DNA of 64,000 nt. It comes from Camelus dromedarius (Eukaryota). The stretch lies in assembly GCF_036321535.1 (NCBI RefSeq), contig NC_087441.1:372001-436000 (forward strand), read 5' to 3'. Below are positions 56,529 through 64,000 of this stretch, in pieces (the stretch's first letter is position 1; each line of letters begins with the position of its first letter). The notes beneath the pieces were generated by a model, which saw only the letters and a list, made by a program, of their open reading frames with translations, had not been told where the DNA came from and made no database searches. Position numbers and translations under genes: made by a program.

Positions 56529-59500
56529 AATTAAATTATTTTTCAATTTTGACTTTCAAATTGGAAAAAAATGTTTAAAAAACTAAGTAGAAATTTCTCA
56601 TTTTAAGCAGTAACAGAGTACATTGGCCCTAGAGCAGGTGATCCTGAACTAGTTCATGAGATGCTCGTGGTGAGTCTTTTGAGAAAAGTGGAGGGAGGAG
56701 TGATTCTATGGTCCAAATAGCGACATAAATGCTGGACTAAAGCAGTCAGGTCACCAGAAGGCAAAGCACCTGAGCTCCTTCGGATGTAAGCTGCTGGCGC
56801 CGTGAGTCTCCGAGAGAGGCTGGTGATGCCCAGTGCCTCCCGCTTCTCTGGGACACCCTTCTCTCAGGATGGCAGGGACATCTCCAAACACAAGAGTTCC
56901 GGGAACACGCTTTGTGAACCAGCAATCAGAGGCATTGTCTAGAGGCCACAGCTGTGAGCCACAGCTGCAATACGCCCCCAGGAGCTGTTCCAGACCCCGG
57001 ACACCCGAGGACATCGGTCTCCTCAACCAGCCACCGGGACAGCCGAGACCCTCTGGTTTCGGCCCGCCGTGAGTTAGCTCGGGCGCGCCTGGCTCCTCAC
57101 GCCAGCTGTCGGGGTCTGTTTCCAGAATCGTTCCCTCAGCCAGTCTTCGTTTGGAACCATGGGCACGGCTCCCACGACTGTGCAGTCCCACACCTGCTGG
57201 GTGTGACAGTGTGGCCCCCACAGAGGTGCATGCAGATGGGCTGTGCTGGGCCAGGCGTGCGTCTGCTAAGCGGAGGCCCCGGGGAAGGCAGGTGGCTTCC
57301 AGAAACACGTTGTCCCCTCTCTGAAAGGCGGCGCAGTCGAGGCAGCAGGCACCCCGCTCCCTTCAGCTGCCGGAAGCCTACCGGCTGCCCTGCCCCCATG
57401 TCACCCCCTCTCTCTGTGCCTCTGGAGGACCTCACTCTGCCTTTCTTGCTGCTGTTCTGGCTCCACATCTCCAAAGGAAGCGACTCTCACAGAATCGGGG
57501 TCACAAGTCCTTCAAGTGCCGTTTTGACGTCTTGCCTCCAACCTGGGCCCTTCTACCCGGAGAACAGGCGCAGGTGGCGGCACCGCTCACCTTCCTCTGC
57601 CCGGCCTCCATCTCACCAGCCAGCCGCCAGCCCACAGCCCGCAGCGTCCTCCCCGCGCCGCCCCCAGAGCGTCCCTCCCCGTGCCGTCTTGGTGCCATGC
57701 TGGGGGAAGCGGTGCTGGGGAGCCCTCCAGGCTGTAAATCACCTGCCCGGCCACCTCCGCCCATTCCGGGCAGAGCTCAGGGTGCCACTTCCCGGGCTGT
57801 CGTGTCGGCACCACCTGTGATTTGCAGACTCGCCTGCTTTCTTCCCTGACAACCGATCACCTTACTGGAGCCGGGCTGCGGGGTCACGCCTGGTGGCCTA
57901 CACCTACCTCCCATTTCCTCCTAACCCCGCCTCCCTGGCCTTTTTTGCTTTTTTTTCCTTTGGAAAAACAAATCAGATAAAGAACCTGGAAAATGCACCC
58001 TTGGCAGATGCTCCCTGTGGACGGGCCATGCGGGGTGTCGTGGCAGCGCCCTCCCAGCAGCAGCGACTGGACAGGCGGTATTTCCAGCTAAGGCCAAGTT
58101 TGCCACCAAGGCCCCGAACTCCAGGATTCAGGGACAGACCAAACGGTGCCCCTTGGCCCGGGCTGCCTTCCCCTCGGCACCACCAATATCTCAGACAGCG
58201 TTTAATACGAGAAGCGTCTGAATGAAAGTCTTTCTCTGGAGCTGTCCTGAGCACCAGCAGAGGACAGGCCCGGACACCGGGCCCATGCCACGGGCAGGGC
58301 AGGGCCAGACCAGGCCCCGTGGCTCTGTGGAGCTCTGGGCTCCGCGGGGACTGTGGGGGGCTCCAGGCCCAACCTCCTGCTACAAATCCGGGTCGTGCCC
58401 TTTTCGGGTCTGCTTTTCCGTCCGCTGTCCCCATGGATCCCCGAGGCCCACCTGTCCCGTCAGCACTGTTTCCCCAGGACTGAGAGCGCCCACAGGGAGA
58501 TCACAGGGGTCTCAATGGCATCCGCACCAGCCGGGGCTCAGCCAAAGAGGCTCCGGACTGCCCAGCTATAACGTGGCTCAGCTGAGCCCACGGCCACAGT
58601 CCCTAAGCTGGGCAAAGAGATCCAAGAGGCAGGGACCCTGAAAACCAGCGCCCGGTCAAGAAGCAGCTGCAAACACGTCCTGGGCCGTCCAGTGGGCTGT
58701 GCCCAAGGGGAGCTGCCCACCGTTGCAGGCCTGAGCCTGCAGCTCCAGCTTCTCCTAGTGTCCGTCTCCCGTGCGTGCCCTCCACTCTGTTCCCTCGATC
58801 CCCACCCTCTGTTTCTATCCTGCCACTGTTTCCTGCATCTTCGTGTGTGCAGACAACTCTGCTCCTAGGACAGTGTCCCCTCTTCCTTCTGGTCAAAAGA
58901 GCATCTCCTGACCCCCGCTGAGGACCAGAGCTGGCCAAGGGCAGAACACCCCTCCAGGGCCGCCCACACTGGCTCCAACACCCTCCACCTGCCAGACGCC
59001 TGTGGTCCAGGACCACCTCCCCCAGGCTGGCGGCTTTCACAGGACACAGCTGGGCTCTTCCTCCCAGCCCAGCAGCACTGTGCAGGGGTGGACGCTGGGT
59101 GGGCATTTCCTGAAACAATGAGTGAAGTCGTGCATTTAAGGACAGATGGCCCCACGTCTCCAAAACACAAATTCGCAGGTGGAGGGAGCTGCCAAGGGCG
59201 GGCAAGGCTGTGTGGGGCCCAACAGGTGCCCCCATGACCTGCAGACCCAGGTCATTGCTCAGGGCTGGCAATGGGGCAGGATAGGAAAGCGGCTTCCTTG
59301 GAAAGCCCCTGCTCCCTGAGGTCAGAGCAGTGGTCAGAGAAGGGAGGCTGCCCTGCTAACCGGGGCAGAGGCCAGGGTGTGGCCGTGGAGCTGGCAGCCT
59401 CCCCTGGTTTCCTGCTTTCCTGAGGCCACTCAGCTCCGAGACCTCAGGGGAAGCGCTCGGGCTGGCGAGAGAGTGTGGCTCAGAGAGACATGTGGGCATG

Positions 59501-60469
59501 AGTGGATGGGGGAGGCCGCAGACCAGGGCCAGGCCCACGTTGTCATTCTGTCCGCAGTAGGAGAGAGGGGCTGAGATCCGTGCTCCCCGAGGCAGGCTGG
59601 ACGCTGTCCTCGCCAGGCAGCGGGTGGCAGAGGGGAGACTCAGGCCCAGAGCACATCTCTGCCACCTGCTCCTCCTGCCGCTGTGCACTTTGAGAGCGTC
59701 TACGGGCACACCGCTCTGGGAGGAGCTGAAGTCACGCCCACCCGACCCATCCTGGGATGACCCGGGCCAGGGTGGTGCTGGGTTGGCCACAAGTTGGCCG
59801 AGGATATGGAAAAGGAAATTCCAAAATAAAAGCAAATGTGACTGGAGCCCCCACGCCACCCAGGCGCCCTCCGTACAATCCCACGTCCTCCACAGGAGGC
59901 AGAGAAGACAGGCAGAGGACAGCAGTGGACGTACGCCCACACCAGTGCCTGGGCCACGGCGGGTTGGAGGATCCTTGCTTCCTGCATGACTGACGTCAGA
60001 AGGAGCAGCGGAAGGAGGTGCCCTGGGGCCGGGCCTCCCCTCCTCATCCCTGTGCGCCACACCTGTGCACACAGCCGGGCTCTCGCCTCCCGAGACGCTG
60101 GGGTCTGGGAAGGCGGCAGTGAAACCTCGACCAGGCCTGGAGACACTCCCAGAAGGAAGGCGGGCGGAGGGACAGGCTGGAGGCAACACTGGGCCCCCGG
60201 CACACAGCACCACCCACTCACACACTCTGTTCATCTGCCCGGCGCCCTTCACTGCGTCTGGAAGGGCCCTCGCTCTGAAGAGGCACCTTGATGAGAGCCA
60301 TCCAACTGCCAGGGGCCCACACATCCAGCCCTGGAGCTCCCAGGACTCGGGGAGCTGAGCTTGCCCAGTGGAGGCCTCACAGCTCCAGGCCTGGGAGGCA
60401 GTGGCCAGAGCCCTGCTCCAGTCCTGCACCCGGCTTGTTCACCACAGGCTTCTACAGTGCACTGGAGGC

Positions 60470-60560
60470 CCTCAGCCTCCACTGTCCTGTCTACAAAACA
60501 GGGGTGCCTGTGAGCTCTCCCCGGAGGCTCTGCAGAGTCCTGAGCGACAGGCTGACGCAG
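60470..60560 (+). mobile_element. MIR fragment (GC-shifted)
   Basis: 'ctcagcctccactgtcctgtctacaaaacagggg' resembles 'ctgagcctcagtttcctcatctgtaaaatgggg'. Confidence 0.4.
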
Positions 60561-60974
60561 GACACCATGGAGCCCACCTTGTCCAGTCTGCCAGGCAGGC
60601 CCCCCACCACATGCTCCTGTCTCCCGGGTGCCTACATTCCTGCGCAGATGGAGACATGCAGGGCCAGCCGGGCTGGGCAAGTCCTGTCCTGTGAGCACCA
60701 AGGCCAGAGTGGCCGGCGGGGAACCTCAGACTCTGGAGTGTGCAGACGAGCCTTTCCTGTGTCCCAGCGGAGAGCAGGAGCCCTTCCCAGAGGGTCTCAC
60801 CCCACAGCAGGGCTGCGGGACACAGAGGGGCACAGAGGGAGAGGATTCAGGGATGGCGGGGGCGGCCGGCGAGGCACGAGGTCAGAGTGCAGAGCCTGTG
60901 CCCCAGCTGGCTCCTGAGAGCAGGAGCACCTCCCGCTGAGGGACATGAGGGGCGCCGAGGGTAAGCTGGGCCCA

Positions 60975-61065
60975 GGCTCAGCGCCCGCCTCTCTCCCCTC
61001 ATGGCTGTGTGACCTGGAAAAACTGCTAAGTCCTGTTCCATTCCCGCCCGTGGGACGTGGACAGT
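60975..61065 (+). mobile_element. MIR fragment (GC-shifted)
   Basis: 'ctcatggctgtgtgacctggaaaaactgctaag' resembles the MIR core. Confidence 0.45.
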
Positions 61066-63689
61066 GATGAGGACGGAGCCTGGGACAGACCCCCTGGGAG
61101 GGGCCTCATCCGGGACGCAGGGTCTGAGTTTTCACGCTTTCCCTTCCAGGGTCTGACCCAGGTCAGGACAACACCAGGGCATGTCCAGGGGGACAGGGCG
61201 GGGACTCGCTGGAGATGCAGGAACAGGACCAAACCTCCGGCCGCCCTCAGTGTGCCGTGAGCTCAGCGATATTCTCAGGTGGCCAGTGCGTCAGACACCG
61301 CGGGGTTGTGACAACTAGGGAAAGAGCCACGGGACGGGCCTGGGGAGACGCCAAGCAAGTGACCCGGAAGGAGGCCTCCTGGGAGGGGAACGGAGCCCGA
61401 AGCGCTGAGCACCCCCAGGCTGCCCTCCTCTTGGCAGAATCGAGGAGGGGGGCCCGTGGGAGGGCTGTCACCCCGATAAAGAGGAAGCAGTGCCCCGCCC
61501 TGTGCCGTCGGATGCCCCAAACGCAGGGTGGACACGTCGGGGTGACAGAGAGGAAGTCCTCAAGCCCCAGGCGTCCTATCCCAGGAACCTGGTTCTGTTT
61601 CCTGCCAGAAGCCGCCCTCTCTGCGCCCCTGCCCTCTGCGCACCCCGGGGTGAGGGTCGGGGATGACGCTCCGTGGGGCAGGTGGGCTCGTGCGGGACGG
61701 TTAACGCAGCGTGGGGCTCGCTGGCTGGCCGGCACCCCAAGGGCTGCTCCCGGAGGAAACAGGCTCAGCGCGTCTGCTCCATTTATTTTCATCTCTCTGG
61801 CTTGTGGATTTCCACCCCCACCTGCCTGCTCCTGTGCTCACATCCAGTGGGTGTTACGTGCCGCTTCTGTGAGGCAGGCCCCTGCTGCTCCCTCAGCACG
61901 GATTCCGGGAGGCTGTCCTGCTGAGCCTGGCCGGGAGCCCACCTGATGCACAATTTCCGCCTCAGTCCCTCCCCTTCTCCGCCCTCTGCCTCCAGGTCAT
62001 CTTCCGGTACCAGCGGCCCCGGTGCTGCTCCAGAGGTGGGAGCACGAGGTGGGCGGAGACAGGATGGGGGTCAAGGGGTCTGCGTGCCTGAGCAGGTGGT
62101 CCTGGCTCCCCCAAGAGAGGTTGGTGACCGGTAGGTACGCTGAACGCCCCAAACAATGCCCGGCTCTGAGGCGACAGGGAGCTGCGGGGCATGCAAGGCT
62201 CAAATCAGGTGTTTTTCCAACAGTCAGCTTAGGTCAGTGCTTATACAGAAAGCAGGTGTGCAAGTCAGAGGCGGTTGGGTCAGACCGAGCGAGCCGGCCT
62301 TCCTCTGTGCCGGGCGCCCCTCAGCCTCAGCTCCTGGTGGCTGGTCCTGGGAGGGCCTGGGGTCTGGGAGGTGGCCGCTGGCCGGACAGGGCAGTGGTGC
62401 GGCCGCCCGGCCACTCGGGAAGTCTCACATCCTGTCCTCCCTTCCTGCGCCATTAACTCATCTCTGCAGATTGGAGGCTCAGCGGGAGGGGCCGTGCGGG
62501 TGGCGCGCAGCGGTCCTGCATCCCCGCCTTCCACCCAGCGCGGGCGCGACGGCAGTGGCCCCCGAGAGACGCAGAGGGCGCCATCTGCAGCCCCATCCAC
62601 TCTGGTGTTCAGGCCCCGCCTGCGTGGGTCAGATGGCCCATCGGACCCCAGACCTCGGCCCCTGCGTCTCCTCTCAGTGACGCTGCAGAGGCTTTGTTCC
62701 CAGGGACATGACCACACCCGGAGGAGAGCTGTGACCCTGCACCCGCAGCAGAAGTGTGGGTTCCCCAGGCTGGAGCTGCAGACACCCCTCCTCCTCTGAC
62801 ACCCGAGACGCCCAGGTGCCGCCGGGAGGAGCAGTGGCGTCCGGACGCTGCAGGTGATGGGTCAGGGCGCACGGGTAGCTATGGATACGCTGTGCTCACA
62901 CCCATCACGCCTCGACACAAAGAATAAAATTGCCCTCATGGTGTGATTGCTGGTGTTCAGACACTTGGGGAACTTACGGTTATTTTGTCTGGAGTGGTGG
63001 TCACCTCACATGCAGTGCATCTGAACTCACCTAATGGTTCGTGTAACAGGCTCTCAGGTTGCCCCCCTAAAGCCGTGTCCCCACCTGTGTTTGTGACGGA
63101 CGGTGACCATGATGCCGTTTCTAAAGGCCACCCTGGGTCGCAGGGTGCGTGGACAGAGGGCTTCCCAGTGGCACAGAAATGAGGCCCCACCAGTTCTGTC
63201 ACCACGTCCCTGCGCCACAGAGATGCCAGGTCATGCGTTTCACAGGAGCCTCAGCCACGACCAACCAGCAGTGGCTGTAAAACCACTTGCCAAGACAAAC
63301 ACTGTCCGACCCTCACACTTTCTGCTCGAGGGCAAAGCCTGATTACCAGACAGGGCCAGGAGGAAACGGCCCTGCCCACCCGGCCCCACTCCCCCCGCCA
63401 GCCCTGGTCACCCGGCCCCGCTCCCCCCGCTGGCCCTGCCCACCTGGACCTGCTCCCCATGCTGGCCCTTGTCACCATTCACCCTCAGCCACACGTCTGC
63501 AGTGGGGCCACTGGTTCTCAGGCAGAGGACGCCCTGAGCGGAGCCTCGCTCTTCAGGCTCCCCTGAGCCCAGGGCCCACGTTCCCCAGACAAGAGAAGAG
63601 AGGGTGGAGGGAGGCGCAGGCCACCTGGTGGCCCTGCACGTCCCAAGGAGAGAGCCAGGCCACCGGGACTCCCTCCAGGACCGGAGACC

Positions 63690-63946
63690 ATGGCCTGTGA
63701 GCTCGGCACCACAGCAAGTTTCACGGTCGGGGCTGAAACGGCAGACCTTCTCTTCTCACCGTCTGGAGGCCGGAAGCCTGGGTCAGGCGGCCGGTGGGCA
63801 GGGCCCTGGGGAGGCCCCTCCTGTCCTGCAGCTGGCTCCCGCCTCGCTGTGTCCTCAGGTCTGGGATAGGGATCCAGCTCTCAGGAACATCTTCCTATGA
63901 AGACGCCAACCCTTCAGGGGGCCCACCCTCACAACCTCATCCAAAC
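63690..63946 (-). mobile_element. MaLR LTR (MLT1A-like), truncated
   Basis: 'ggctgaaacggcagaccttctcttctcaccgtctggaggccggaagcc...ctgtgtcctca...ttcctatgaagacgcc...gggcccaccctcacaacctcat' resembles reverse MLT1A. Confidence 0.7.
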
Positions 63947-64000
63947 TGACACAGACTGGATGTCTGTCTCCCCACAGATCACACGTGGAAGTCCCACCCC
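63947..64000 (+). mobile_element. Start of a second MaLR LTR running off the window end
   Basis: 'gacacagactggatgtctgtctccccacagatcacacgtggaagtcccacccc' resembles 'tgctatggactgaatgtttgtgtccccccaaaattcatatgttgaagccctaacccc'. Confidence 0.5.

Noticed and set aside
56954-57820. 288-aa + strand ORF
   Set aside because: No ATG at the listed start, generic GC-rich composition, no homology.
59356-60429. 357-aa minus-strand ORF with a short hydrophobic stretch
   Set aside because: The hydrophobic patch comes from a local A-rich tract; otherwise unstructured GC-rich translation without a family signature.

Overview
Mammalian genomic DNA, GC- and CpG-rich (roughly 60% GC by eye, subtelomeric-type isochore), with one 151-N assembly gap. 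The young LINE-1 sequence and one tRNA-derived SINE remnant look camelid (Camelus/Vicugna); this is from my memory of the consensus sequences and needs a search. I recognise no host protein-coding gene, tRNA, rRNA or CRISPR array. The only ORFs with a clear protein family are disrupted LINE-1 ORF2 pieces at 50.1-51.9 kb; the other long ORFs are explained by high GC or by a G-free satellite. The window reads as intergenic or deep-intronic: old eutherian repeats (L1M, MIR, L2, MaLR/MLT, Tigger1-derived, MER58, MER45), minisatellites, and AT-rich islands with transcription-factor motif clusters. Most notable: (1) a 1.4-kb (CCTCA/TCTCA/TCCTCA)n satellite with modular higher-order structure whose antisense strand is a dense array of 5'-splice-site-like motifs; (2) a young L1 truncated at both ends, with half of a canonical target site and about 1 kb of host L1M missing; (3) a speculative three-exon minus-strand transcript (41585-38501) with an E-box minisatellite upstream; (4) patchy AT-to-GC rewriting that hits the same sub-segment in three independent L1M copies. 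I found no demonstrable new biological system. Repeat family names come from recalled consensus sequences and need RepeatMasker/Dfam confirmation.
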